Shown: positions 38,591-48,025 of the stretch, in pieces
Layout: each line of letters begins with the position of its first letter
Numbering within the stretch: the stretch's first letter is position 1
Assembly (NCBI GenBank): GCA_030739855.1
Contig: JASLYJ010000002.1
Coordinates: 17,793-81,792, forward strand
DNA length: 64,000 nucleotides
Origin: Alphaproteobacteria bacterium
Lineage (GTDB): Bacteria; Pseudomonadota; Alphaproteobacteria; UBA11136
Direction of reading: 5' to 3'
Program-made: the position numbers and the translations under genes
Notes under the pieces: model-generated
Database searches by the model: none
What the model was told of the DNA's origin: nothing
What the model saw: only the letters and a program-made list of their open reading frames with translations

Positions 38591-40861
38591 TTGGCCAAGA
38601 TTCGAAAATCCCCTCTTCCCAGCAAGCAAGAGATCCTTGACTTCATCAAGGAAAGCCCAGGCCGCGTGGGCAAACGGGAAATCAGCCGCGCCTTCCGTGT
38701 CAAAGGCGCAGACCGCATTCCTTTAAAACAACTGCTCACAGAGATGAAGGAGGAAGGGCTGATGGGGCCTGGCCGTAGTGAAACTCAGAGGAAGGGACGC
38801 CGTGTGACAACCAAGAGCGGCCTTCCCCCAGTAGCCGTCATAGAAATTATCGGTCCTGATTCCGACGGCGAGCTCATGGGACGCCCCACCGTCTGGCACG
38901 ATGAGAGACCGCCGCCGCTTGTCTACATGGCGCCAGAGCACAAAGGACGGCCCGCGCTTGGTACCGGCGAAAGAGTGTTAGCCCGTCTTAAACGAATCGA
39001 TCAAGCCAGCTGCGAAGCCCGCACTATCCGCGTCATTGCCGGACAACCGCATAAAGTCCTTGGCCTGTTCAGCAAGTTGCCAAGAGAAGGCCGGATAAAA
39101 TCCGTGGACCGCCGCCACAAGGGCGAGTTCGCGGTTCTAAGAAAAGACAGTGCTGAAGCAAAAACAGGGGAACTGGTATTGGGAGAAGTTCTACCCAGCC
39201 GTCATCACGGCCTGCCCACAGCCTGCGTCACCAAGCGGCTGGGCCATACAAAAGCCCCGGGAGCCATAAGTCTGATTTGTATCTACAGCCATGATATCCC
39301 CACAGAATTTCCCGATGAAGCCGTCGCCCAAGCTAAAGCTGCAAAACCCGCCACACTGGGAGACCGGGAAGATCTGCGCCAGCTCCCACTGGTCACGATT
39401 GACGGAGCGGATGCCCGTGATTTTGACGATGCTGTATGGGCCGAGCCTGATTCCGATCCGGACAACAGGGGCGGCTGGCATCTTGTGGTCGCCATTGCCG
39501 ACGTGGCCTATTACGTACGCCTTGGCGACGCCCTAGACCGCTGTGCCGAAAACCGTGGCAATTCTGTCTATTTTCCAGACCGTGTCGTGCCTATGCTTCC
39601 CGAGGCCCTGTCCAACGGGCTGTGCTCGCTACTTCCCCACGAGGACCGTCCCTGTCTCGCCGCTCATATGTGGCTTGATTCGGATGGCAACTTACGTCGC
39701 CATCGTTTCGTCCGAGGCCTCATGTGCTCGGCCGCCCGCCTTTCCTATTCACAGATGCAAGACGCAAAAGAAGGCCGTGGCGATGCCACCACGACACCCC
39801 TTATCGACGCTGTCATTCACCCCCTCTATGGAGCATTCACTGCACTTTCCAAGGCGCGTGGAAAACGTGGCGTGCTCGATCTTGATCTTCCCGAGCGCCG
39901 TATAACACTCGATAAAACAGGGAATCTAGCGGGCATCGAAACTCAGGAGCGGCTCGATAGTCATCGCCTGATCGAGGAATTTATGATTACCGCCAACGTG
40001 GCAGCCGCTGAGACTCTATCGCAACGTAAGCGGCTTTGCATGTACCGGGTTCATGAGCCACCCGACCCGTCGAAGGTGGATGCATTGCGTGACTTCCTGA
40101 AAAGCCTAGGCTATTCACTGCGCCGGGGACAGGTGTTGCGGCCCCTGGATTTCAGCCGCATTCTAGATCAAGCTGCCAAAAGTGATCATGGACCTTTGAT
40201 CTCAGAAATTGTCCTACGCACCCAGTCCAAGGCTATCTATAGTTCGGAAAACCTCGGTCATTTCGGCTTGGCGCTGGACCGGTATACCCATTTCACCTCG
40301 CCCATACGCCGTTATTCTGACCTTCTTGTTCATCGTTCTCTCATTGACGCCCTGAAACTTGGCAAACACGGGTCAAGCGCCCATTCTATTGAACGCTTCA
40401 ACGATATCGCCGAGCATATTTCTGATACGGAGCGGCGCGCCGAAGCTGCGGAACGGGATGCTTTCGATCGTTACACCGTAGTTTTTCTCAGCGAACTGGT
40501 AGGGGCGCGATTCTCCGGTCGCATCAACGGCGTTACCCGGTTTGGCCTGTTTGTAACCTTGGATGAAACAGGCGCTGACGGTTTGGTGCCAGTGCGAAGT
40601 TTAGGCACGGAATTCTTCGATCACGACGAGTCCCATCATTACCTTTGTGGGCGTGTCACTGGGAAGATATTCACCTTGGGAGATCCAGTAATCGTGCAAC
40701 TGACAGAAGCCGATCCTGTGACCGGCAGCTTGCAACTTAAAATTCTCGAAGGAGGACGCGGAGGAAAGCCTTCCACAGGCGCGTCTGGAAAAATGAAGCG
40801 AGCTACAAAAAAGCGTGGGGCGGATGCGTCCGGACGGCAAAAACGCAAACGGAAAAAATAA
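38591..40861 (+). CDS. rnr: Ribonuclease R
   Basis: 756 aa from a TTG start. RNB domain block I-D-G-A-D-A-R-D-F-D-D-A-V, a C-terminal S1 domain and a basic K/R tail. Confidence 0.9.
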   Translation: MAKIRKSPLPSKQEILDFIKESPGRVGKREISRAFRVKGADRIPLKQLLTEMKEEGLMGPGRSETQRKGRRVTTKSGLPPVAVIEIIGPDSDGELMGRPTVWHDERPPPLVYMAPEHKGRPALGTGERVLARLKRIDQASCEARTIRVIAGQPHKVLGLFSKLPREGRIKSVDRRHKGEFAVLRKDSAEAKTGELVLGEVLPSRHHGLPTACVTKRLGHTKAPGAISLICIYSHDIPTEFPDEAVAQAKAAKPATLGDREDLRQLPLVTIDGADARDFDDAVWAEPDSDPDNRGGWHLVVAIADVAYYVRLGDALDRCAENRGNSVYFPDRVVPMLPEALSNGLCSLLPHEDRPCLAAHMWLDSDGNLRRHRFVRGLMCSAARLSYSQMQDAKEGRGDATTTPLIDAVIHPLYGAFTALSKARGKRGVLDLDLPERRITLDKTGNLAGIETQERLDSHRLIEEFMITANVAAAETLSQRKRLCMYRVHEPPDPSKVDALRDFLKSLGYSLRRGQVLRPLDFSRILDQAAKSDHGPLISEIVLRTQSKAIYSSENLGHFGLALDRYTHFTSPIRRYSDLLVHRSLIDALKLGKHGSSAHSIERFNDIAEHISDTERRAEAAERDAFDRYTVVFLSELVGARFSGRINGVTRFGLFVTLDETGADGLVPVRSLGTEFFDHDESHHYLCGRVTGKIFTLGDPVIVQLTEADPVTGSLQLKILEGGRGGKPSTGASGKMKRATKKRGADASGRQKRKRKK

Positions 40862-40925
40862 ACTAACTCAAGGCGCGGTTCTTGCTGCACACTGGACACT
40901 GAATATTAAGTGATATTGAAAATCT

Positions 40926-42539
40926 ATGGGATTGAAAAAACAAAATACAGTGGAAGCATCGCTTTCTCCCATCTCACTGAAGGGCTCCAGCGCTATGCTG
41001 GCGCTGGTTATATCCGCATGCACCGTCTTTCCCATTGAGAGGGACTCGCCCTATTTTACCGAGAGATATGCCACCCCGGTATTTTTTGTTGGGTACAACT
41101 ATATTTCCGAGCGTTTTATCGAAAAGGTAGATATTGGCTATTTAACCGTAGCCGGTCTGGAGGGATTGACGGCTATCGACCCGCAACTGGAAATCACCAG
41201 AGATGGTGACTTCGTGAGCCTCGCCGTTGACAACAACTTCCTCCACACTGTGTCAGCCCCCGCCGCTGCCAATACCAAAGCCTGGGCGGACCTGACCGTG
41301 AAAATTATCGAGAACGGGCGTTTGGCTTCCACTCCCCTTCTCGAGACACAAGCCGAAGACATTTATTCCAGCATCTTTCAGAGCATGATGACCGAACTCG
41401 ATGGCTTTTCACGTTATGCCGGCGCCTTCGAGGCCCACCGAGACAGGTATAGACGCAGTGGATTCGGAGGTATCGGCGTGCAAATTCTCATTGATGGCAA
41501 CAAAGTCCACGTTGTGTCAGTTCTTCCCGACACCCCAGCAAAAGAGATGGGACTTCAGGACAACGACCGCATCACTCACATTGACGATGAATCTGTCGCC
41601 GGATTGACTATTCACGAGGTAGTCGAACGGCTGCGTGGGGAAATAGGTTCCCATGTGACCATCATTGTGGAGCGTGACAGCCGTGATCATTTTCTTTCTG
41701 TAACCCTCTCCCGCAGGTTGATCATGGATGTTACCGTGACCTATAAAATGATAGACGATCTAGGCCATATAAAAATCACCTCTTTTAACAAACGCACCAG
41801 CAAAAGCCTGGAGAACACGCTCGCCAAAATACAACCCGCTATCGAATCAAGGAAAATAAAGGGAATTATCCTTGATCTTCGATCCAACCCTGGGGGACTT
41901 CTTGATCAGGCGATAAAAGTAGCAGACCTCTTCCTTACCAAAGGACAGATCGTTTCCACCAAAGGCCGTCACCCCGACAGCAACCAGAATTTCTCCGCTG
42001 ACAAAGAAGGTTTTGCACAGAATCTCCCTCTTGCCGTCCTTATCAACGGCAATACGGCATCAGCAGCAGAGATCGTTGCTGCCGCGCTTCAGGACCAGGG
42101 GCGCGCTGTCGTGATCGGGACCAATTCCTACGGAAAGGGCACAGTTCAGAATGTCATTGCCCTTCCTAATAACGGTGAATTAACCCTCACATGGTCACGT
42201 TTTCATGCTCCCTCCGGCTACACACTGAACAATCTGGGTGTCTTGCCCACCATCTGCACCAGCAGAGAAACAACCGGCAGCACCGAAAAGGAAAACGCTA
42301 ATTTCACACCTCGACCGAAAGAACTCCATACCGGCGCTATCGTCTCAGAAACAGCTCTTTCCAAATGGCGCGCCGAAGACCTGCCCTCTGAGAAAAATAT
42401 TGAGGAACTGCGTGCCATCTGTCCAGACCCTAAAAAGGCCTCGGATCGTGATATTACGGTGGCAAAACAGCTTCTCACGGAGCCCGCGCTTTATAGCCGC
42501 GCCATGAGCCTCTCTTTCCCCGCCATCGCCAACCGGTAG
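40926..42539 (+). CDS. S41-family C-terminal processing peptidase with PDZ domain, probable lipoprotein
   Basis: 537 aa. Catalytic Ser block N-G-N-T-A-S-A-A-E-I-V-A-A-A-L-Q-D and Lys in S-Y-G-K-G-T-V-Q. PDZ region G-I-G-V-Q...D-R-I-T-H-I-D-D. N-terminal L-V-I-S-A-C resembles a lipobox. Confidence 0.8.
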   Translation: MGLKKQNTVEASLSPISLKGSSAMLALVISACTVFPIERDSPYFTERYATPVFFVGYNYISERFIEKVDIGYLTVAGLEGLTAIDPQLEITRDGDFVSLAVDNNFLHTVSAPAAANTKAWADLTVKIIENGRLASTPLLETQAEDIYSSIFQSMMTELDGFSRYAGAFEAHRDRYRRSGFGGIGVQILIDGNKVHVVSVLPDTPAKEMGLQDNDRITHIDDESVAGLTIHEVVERLRGEIGSHVTIIVERDSRDHFLSVTLSRRLIMDVTVTYKMIDDLGHIKITSFNKRTSKSLENTLAKIQPAIESRKIKGIILDLRSNPGGLLDQAIKVADLFLTKGQIVSTKGRHPDSNQNFSADKEGFAQNLPLAVLINGNTASAAEIVAAALQDQGRAVVIGTNSYGKGTVQNVIALPNNGELTLTWSRFHAPSGYTLNNLGVLPTICTSRETTGSTEKENANFTPRPKELHTGAIVSETALSKWRAEDLPSEKNIEELRAICPDPKKASDRDITVAKQLLTEPALYSRAMSLSFPAIANR

Positions 42540-42564
42540 ATATGGGGGCCATATCTCGTTTTTT
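42539..42564 (+). terminator. Putative intrinsic terminator after the S41 peptidase gene
   Basis: Hairpin GATATGG-ggg-CCATATC (42539-42555) followed by tcgTTTTTT (to 42564). Overlaps the TAG stop by 1 nt. Confidence 0.5.
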
Positions 42565-42579
42565 GATTATCGTTCGCGC

Positions 42580-42607
42580 TTGACAGGTCGCTGAAGGCGG
42601 GTATTTT
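42580..42607 (+). promoter_or_regulatory. Sigma70-like promoter candidate for rpmG
   Basis: TTGACA (42580-42585), a 16-nt spacer, then TATTTT (42602-42607), about 40 nt upstream of the rpmG ATG. Confidence 0.4.
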
Positions 42608-42647
42608 CTCGCTTTATTATCTACTCCCTAGACCCAGCGGGATCACC

Positions 42648-42815
42648 ATGGCCAAACCAAATTCTATTGTTGTCAAAATGACCAGCACGGCCGACACCGG
42701 ATTTTTCTACTTGGCGAAGCGAAATCCCAAGAAAAAAACGGAGAAACTCTCGTTTCGCAAATACGACCCGGTGGCGCGCAAGCACGTAGAGTTTAAGGAA
42801 GAGAAAATAAAATAG
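42648..42815 (+). CDS. rpmG: 50S ribosomal protein L33 (Cys-free, non-zinc form)
   Basis: Not in the ORF track (55 aa). Hand translation gives [55 protein letters not shown], the canonical L33 pattern (T-G-x-F-Y...K-L-x-x-R-K-Y-D-P...H-V-x-F-K-E-x-K). Contains no Cys residues. Confidence 0.9.
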   Translation: MAKPNSIVVKMTSTADTGFFYLAKRNPKKKTEKLSFRKYDPVARKHVEFKEEKIK

Positions 42816-42958
42816 AACTTCTCCAAGTATTCCGGATTCCCCGAATCTTTCATCACCACGGAAAATAAGTTTTTAACCCTTCGGGCCCTCCCTAAGAGCG
42901 AGGGCGCGTCCGTCGCATCACTTTCCTAAATTTATTTACGGACCGCAGGGCAATTTTA

Positions 42959-43771
42959 CTAGCAAGATGGTTCAGGGGGAAATTCCAGCTTGTTCAGTAT
43001 GCCTTTTATTTTAAAGTTTCCATAATCAAGGAGAATTTCCCGAGCGACACCATTCTCCGAGAGGTGTACCGTGGTCTCATAATCTGGTAGGTCGACATCT
43101 GCTTTTGTAGAAAAAAAAGCAAGGCGCACTGGCCAATACTTCTCATTCAATGAGGAAGCGAACAAATCGTCGGGTGCTGCAGCTGGAGTCAGATTGCCTA
43201 TAACCGCGTTAATATCAAACATACCTTCTTTGTTGGCACCATCAAAGACAAGTCGGTAAAGCGTCTTCTTTCCTTTGTTTGCTGCATCTACAAGAAGAAA
43301 AAGATGCTCAGAGGGAAAAATCGTTTCTTTGGGCAGATCAAGATTTTTTCCTTTCGGGATTGAATACACAGCTTTGCCCTTACCGCCATGACCCGAAAGA
43401 GTGGCGTGACCTCTGAATTGCTCATGGAGATTACCGTCCCGAAAATTCCTTGCATCGAACCGGTACGCGAGACCGTCCCTCGATTCCCAGCTTGCAAAAC
43501 TGGAATCGTTTTCAATGATATTACCCCAAATTTCGCTTAGGGCGACGGTCACACGCTGAGAGGAACTCCAACCGTCGCAGACATCCCGCCACTCGATAGC
43601 CATGGAACCAGTCGCACCAACGAGACTGCTCCGGGGCGTAGCCCTATCCAGAGTAAGATCATAAACCGCCAGATAGGAAGGAAGGTCAGCAGCCTTTGCT
43701 GACGAAGAACTAACCGGAGAATATATGAAAACCACCAACAGACCCAATATCGCTTGGCGCAGAAACATCAT
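42959..43771 (-). CDS. DUF1849 / EipB-like periplasmic cell-envelope-integrity protein
   Basis: Start trimmed to M-M-F-L-R-Q-A-I-L-G-L-L-V-V-F...S-A-K-A (signal peptide). The mature part begins L-P-S-Y-L-A-V-Y-D-L-T-L-D-R-A...C-D-G-W. There are exactly two Cys in the mature protein (one near the N-terminus, one as the last residue), matching my recollection of the conserved disulfide pair in Brucella EipB. Confidence 0.6.
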   Translation of the reverse strand: MMFLRQAILGLLVVFIYSPVSSSSAKAADLPSYLAVYDLTLDRATPRSSLVGATGSMAIEWRDVCDGWSSSQRVTVALSEIWGNIIENDSSFASWESRDGLAYRFDARNFRDGNLHEQFRGHATLSGHGGKGKAVYSIPKGKNLDLPKETIFPSEHLFLLVDAANKGKKTLYRLVFDGANKEGMFDINAVIGNLTPAAAPDDLFASSLNEKYWPVRLAFFSTKADVDLPDYETTVHLSENGVAREILLDYGNFKIKGILNKLEFPPEPSC

Positions 43772-43827
43772 TCTCTCTATATGAAAACCAGGAAGAGTCA
43801 GGAGCCGAGTCAGCAAAAAGCCGCACT

Positions 43828-44640
43828 CTAGGAAGTGATTGGCTCCGAGAGAGTTACCACCCAGCTTTTCGCGCCAGTAACTCCATAGCGCATCTTCATC
43901 TCCGCAAGATTTTCGCCCGGCGACGGACGGGCCACGACACGGTGATAGGTGTCTCCCCACACCTTTGTGGAAATGATAAATACCTTAAACGAAGTCAGTG
44001 TCTTGGAAAGAGCTTCGGCATTGTTGAAGTTGCGGAAGCTGCCGAGAACAAGATACCGTGACGGTGTGCCGGAAGTTTCCTTATCTACATTCCTAACAAC
44101 GGTACGCCTTGAGGTAGTGGCGGGATTCTTTACAGTAATTTTGGAACTGTGAGGCATGGAATCATCGACCACAGGCAGGGCCGCAAGCTGTCGCAGCTTA
44201 TTATCAGAGGAACCAAAAGCAAAGGCATTAACACCAGGGAGGTTGTCTTGTTCTGGAACCGGCTTAACCGAAGGGGTGGCTGCGAGTTCGGGAAGCCGGG
44301 AGGAAACGGTGTGCCCTGGATGGCCAAAGGGCTGAGGTGTCGGAGAATTTGACGCCACCATGATGTCGTCATTTACAGGCGTGTCGTAATCAGAGCAAAT
44401 CACAATACCATCATAGGGTTCTGTCCAGATCCAGCGCCACATAGCGCAATCTTGTTTCATCGCCATGGAAATGGCGTGATCAGATGCACCTTTACCGGTC
44501 TTAAGGTAGAGGAGACCATCAGCCACCCAGCCAGCAATCTGGTGGGCGGCAGGAGCCGCACACCCCGCAAGCAGCAAAGGAATTACGGCTATAAACAGCT
44601 TCTTAATGAAAGGCCTGCCGAACAGTGGAATACTCCTCAC
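43828..44640 (-). CDS. SPOR-domain lipoprotein (peptidoglycan-binding, division-site type)
   Basis: GTG start. Signal peptide with lipobox L-L-A-G-C. The C-terminal ~75 aa (Y-L-V-L-G-S-F-R-N-F-N-N-A-E-A-L...Y-H-R-V-V-A-R-P) fit the SPOR repeat pattern. The N-terminal and middle regions have no motif I recognise. Confidence 0.65.
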   Translation of the reverse strand: MRSIPLFGRPFIKKLFIAVIPLLLAGCAAPAAHQIAGWVADGLLYLKTGKGASDHAISMAMKQDCAMWRWIWTEPYDGIVICSDYDTPVNDDIMVASNSPTPQPFGHPGHTVSSRLPELAATPSVKPVPEQDNLPGVNAFAFGSSDNKLRQLAALPVVDDSMPHSSKITVKNPATTSRRTVVRNVDKETSGTPSRYLVLGSFRNFNNAEALSKTLTSFKVFIISTKVWGDTYHRVVARPSPGENLAEMKMRYGVTGAKSWVVTLSEPITS

Positions 44641-44710
44641 TTCCTGTCATCATGGCAACTTCAGCCGAACATAATGATGTTTCAGGAAGATTACAATAAA
44701 TATTCTTGAC

Positions 44711-44746
44711 TGTGACATTTATGCACACTGTGGCATTTATGCGCAT
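44711..44746. repeat. Tandem 18-bp direct repeat (2 copies, 15/18 identical) in the aspS / SPOR-gene spacer
   Basis: TGTGACATTTATGCACAC (44711-44728) is immediately followed by TGTGGCATTTATGCGCAT (44729-44746). The second copy contains the dyad GCAT-TT-ATGC; the first copy only ACAT-TT-ATGC. Located 71-106 nt upstream of the SPOR lipoprotein start. Confidence 0.8.
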
Positions 44747-44758
44747 AGACAACTACTT

Positions 44759-44784
44759 AGAATCATTAGGATTTTAATGATTCT
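44759..44784. promoter_or_regulatory. Perfect 10-bp inverted repeat carrying two GANTC sites
   Basis: AGAATCATTA (44759-44768), 6 nt, then TAATGATTCT (44775-44784). The arms contain GAATC (44760-44764) and GATTC (44779-44783). A third AATCATT copy lies at 44813-44819. No U-tract on either strand, so it is not a good intrinsic terminator. Confidence 0.5.
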
Positions 44785-44846
44785 AATATGCTTCGGAAGA
44801 GGCGCTAGAGGTAATCATTCCCACTCAATGGTCCCAATCGCAATAG

Positions 44847-46712
44847 CTATTCTTTCTGGGAGCTCTTCTCTCTCTTCGACTTTCCCGCACTCTTTTTTGC
44901 TTTCATGTCCTCGCCGTTTTTTTTCACAGGCGGCAGATTAAGCTTGATATGGAGTTCGCGCAGACGTTCCACCGGGACCTCCGCCGGAGCCTGCATCAAC
45001 AGATCCTGAGCCTGTTGGTTCATGGGGAATGCAATAACCTCTCGTATATTCGGCTCATCAGCCAACAACATGACGATACGGTCGATACCCGGAGCAGAAC
45101 CACCGTGAGGCGGCGCACCGTATTTAAAGGCAGTAAGTAAGCCACCGAACTGTTCCTCCACCCTCTCACGGCTATAGCCAGCGATGGCAAAAGCCTTATA
45201 CATAACTTCTGGCAGGTGGTTACGAATGGCCCCGCTGGAAAGTTCTACACCATTACAAACGATATCATACTGCCATGCCTTTATGGCTAGAGGGTCCTCA
45301 TTTTCTAGAGCCTCCAGCCCCCCCTGAGGCATGGAAAAGGGGTTATGACTGAATTCAAGCTTGCGGGTGGTCTCATCGAATTCGTACATGGGATAATCGA
45401 CGACCCAGCAGAACCGGAAACAGTCTTTCTCCAGAAGATTAAGGTCATTACAAACCCTAGTGCGCACAGCTCCGGAAAAGGCTGCGGCCTCGTCTTCCAT
45501 ACCACAGACGAAAAACACCGCATCGCCATTGCCAAGACCATTGGACTTGGCAATGGCCAATACGCGCTCAGGTTCGAGATTTTTAGCAATCGGCCCTTTT
45601 CCTCCACCGTCTTCGAGGATGATGTAGCCGAGTCCGGCCTGACCCTCCTCGCGGGCCCAATCATTAAGCTTATCAAAATAGCTCCGCGGCCGATCTCCTG
45701 CACCAGGCGCCGGCACGGCACGCACCACCGCGCCGTTTTCGATAGCCTTAGCGAATATGCTGAAACCCGACCCACGAAAAGATTCTGTTACATCCGAGAT
45801 AATAAGGGGATTGCGCAAATCAGGTTTATCACTTCCGTATTTGAGCATGGACTCGGCAAAGGGAATATGCGGATACGGCCCTTGGGTAACACTCCAGCCA
45901 CCGCCAAATTCCTCAAACACTCCGGTCATCAAGAGTTCCACGGCGGCAAAAACGTCTTCTTGGGTGACAAATGACATCTCGAGATCAAGCTGATAGAACT
46001 CACCGGGAGAGCGATCCGCACGAGCATCTTCGTCACGGAAACACGGAGAAATCTGGAAATAGCGGTCAAATCCACCCACCATGAGAAGCTGCTTGAACTG
46101 TTGGGGCGCCTGCGGAAGGGCATAGAACTTGCCAGGATGGAGACGTGAGGGCACCAGATAGTCACGGGCACCTTCCGGAGAACTTGCAGCTAGGATCGGG
46201 GTCTGAAACTCGATAAACCCCTGTTCCACCATCCGCCGCCGGATACTGGAGATAACTTTGGAACGCAGCACGATGTTATCATGAATTTGCTCGCGCCTCA
46301 GGTCGATGAAACGATGGCGAAGACGCAGGTCTTCAGGGGCGTTGTCGTCAACAGCCACCTGAAAGGGTAGCACTTCAGCTCCGCTCAGAATTTCCATTTC
46401 CTCAATGCGTAATTCCACCTTCCCCGTGGGAAGACTGAGATTCACAGTCTCCGGGTCGCGATCCACTACCTGGCCGGTAACGGTGATGACGCTTTCCGGA
46501 CGCACCTGTTCCGATTCCACGAATAGGGGACTGGAAACGTCAATGACACACTGGGTTAGGCCATAATGGTCACGCAAGTCGATAAAAAGGAGGTTGCCGT
46601 GGTCGCGCTTACGGTGGATCCAACCAGAAAGACGAGTCTTGGAGCCCGTGTGCTCAGGACGGAGTTCACCGCACGTATGAGACCTGTAAGGATGCTTGGA
46701 GAGATTGTTCAC
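44847..46712 (-). CDS. aspS: Aspartate--tRNA ligase, with a Lys-rich C-terminal extension
   Basis: Class II motifs [15 protein letters not shown] and [13 protein letters not shown]. The conserved N-terminus [10 protein letters not shown] lies just after the GTG at 46712, which is my preferred but uncertain start (no clear SD). The ORF-track ATG at 46826 adds 38 non-conserved residues. Confidence 0.9.
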   Translation of the reverse strand: MNNLSKHPYRSHTCGELRPEHTGSKTRLSGWIHRKRDHGNLLFIDLRDHYGLTQCVIDVSSPLFVESEQVRPESVITVTGQVVDRDPETVNLSLPTGKVELRIEEMEILSGAEVLPFQVAVDDNAPEDLRLRHRFIDLRREQIHDNIVLRSKVISSIRRRMVEQGFIEFQTPILAASSPEGARDYLVPSRLHPGKFYALPQAPQQFKQLLMVGGFDRYFQISPCFRDEDARADRSPGEFYQLDLEMSFVTQEDVFAAVELLMTGVFEEFGGGWSVTQGPYPHIPFAESMLKYGSDKPDLRNPLIISDVTESFRGSGFSIFAKAIENGAVVRAVPAPGAGDRPRSYFDKLNDWAREEGQAGLGYIILEDGGGKGPIAKNLEPERVLAIAKSNGLGNGDAVFFVCGMEDEAAAFSGAVRTRVCNDLNLLEKDCFRFCWVVDYPMYEFDETTRKLEFSHNPFSMPQGGLEALENEDPLAIKAWQYDIVCNGVELSSGAIRNHLPEVMYKAFAIAGYSRERVEEQFGGLLTAFKYGAPPHGGSAPGIDRIVMLLADEPNIREVIAFPMNQQAQDLLMQAPAEVPVERLRELHIKLNLPPVKKNGEDMKAKKSAGKSKREKSSQKE

Positions 46713-46873
46713 GAAGTGTGTCTCGGACTGTTCCTGCCTGCCGCCAAGATAACTACCGTCGAGCGAAAAAACACATGGACCCCCCCACTTGTCAAGCCAT
46801 GTATGGTGGCAACAGACATAAAGCAAAACCTTGGCGCTTTCGCCAACGGTTAAAGCCGTGTATATCCGGCGCC

Positions 46874-48025
46874 ATGGCCTTGCTGGAAAATACTAAATCC
46901 CTATCAGCTTTCTGTCAGAATGCTACGGGCGAATCCTATATCGCCGTCGATACCGAGTTTATCAGGGACAAAACCTTTTATTCTCGGCTCTGTTTGGTCC
47001 AAATTGCCACAGAAAATCAGGCTGTGGCCATCGATCCCCTAGCGCCGGATATTGATCTGTCCCCTCTATTTGGGCTTATGACCAATAAGAACGTACTGAA
47101 GGTGTTCCACGCCGCGCGCCAAGATGTAGAGATCTTCTTACACCTTTCCGGCCATATTCCGGTCCCCCTCTTCGACACCCAAGTAGCAGCTATGGTTTGT
47201 GGCTTCGGGGAATCGGTTGGGTTTGATGCCATCGTCGCAAAGCTAGCTGGAGCCAGGATCGATAAATCACAGCGCTTTACGGACTGGGCACGACGCCCCC
47301 TAAAACGCAAGCAGATCGATTATGCCCTAGCCGATGTCATTCATTTACGCCCGGTTTACGAGAAAATTTCTGCCTGCTTGCATGAGAATGGACGCACGGA
47401 ATGGCTGGAAGAGGAAATGGCAATCCTAACGGAGCCTCGCTCCTACATCCTTAATTCTAAGGATGCCTGGCAGCGGTTGAAATTCCGCAATACAAAGCCC
47501 AGGTTTCTGGCTATTCTTCAGGAACTCGCTGCATGGCGCGAAGAAGAAGCGCGGTCACGAGACGTTCCTCGAAATCATATTCTGCGAGATGATGTACTGG
47601 TGGAACTTGCTAGTCTGGTGCCGCGGTCAACGCAAGAATTGGATCATGGACGTGGCTTTCCCCGCAAACAGGCCGACACGTCGCTAGGCAGGGCCGTGCT
47701 TGACGCCGTTGCCCGAGGAACAGCGCGCAGCCCCGATGACTGCCCCCAGCCACTTGGAAAGCCCCACCTTCTTCCTGGCCTCAGGCCCGTGGTGGAATTG
47801 CTCAAGGTACTCCTCAAAACTAATAGTGAGGCTCACGGCGTGGCCCAGAAACTTATCGCCAGCACCGCCGACCTCGAGATGATCGCCACTGATGATGATG
47901 CCGACGTTCCAGCCCTTCATGGCTGGCGGTGGGATCTCTTTGGTGCCGATGCCTTAGCACTCAAACACGGGGAACTCGCCCTTACAGTTGAGAAAAATCA
48001 GGTCGCTCTAGTCAAGCAGATCTAG
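46874..48025 (+). CDS. rnd: Ribonuclease D
   Basis: DEDD exonuclease block I-A-V-D-T-E-F-I-R...L-C-L-V-Q-I-A, H-A-A-R-Q-D, Y-A-L-A-D-V and an HRDC region. Start trimmed to the ATG at 46874 (383 aa). Confidence 0.85.
   Translation: MALLENTKSLSAFCQNATGESYIAVDTEFIRDKTFYSRLCLVQIATENQAVAIDPLAPDIDLSPLFGLMTNKNVLKVFHAARQDVEIFLHLSGHIPVPLFDTQVAAMVCGFGESVGFDAIVAKLAGARIDKSQRFTDWARRPLKRKQIDYALADVIHLRPVYEKISACLHENGRTEWLEEEMAILTEPRSYILNSKDAWQRLKFRNTKPRFLAILQELAAWREEEARSRDVPRNHILRDDVLVELASLVPRSTQELDHGRGFPRKQADTSLGRAVLDAVARGTARSPDDCPQPLGKPHLLPGLRPVVELLKVLLKTNSEAHGVAQKLIASTADLEMIATDDDADVPALHGWRWDLFGADALALKHGELALTVEKNQVALVKQI

Noticed and set aside
42885-42905. Hairpin GCCCTC-N9-GAGGGC between convergent rpmG and the EipB-like gene, considered as a bidirectional terminator
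   Set aside because: Only a 6-bp stem with a 9-nt loop and no clean U-tract on either strand. Too weak to call.
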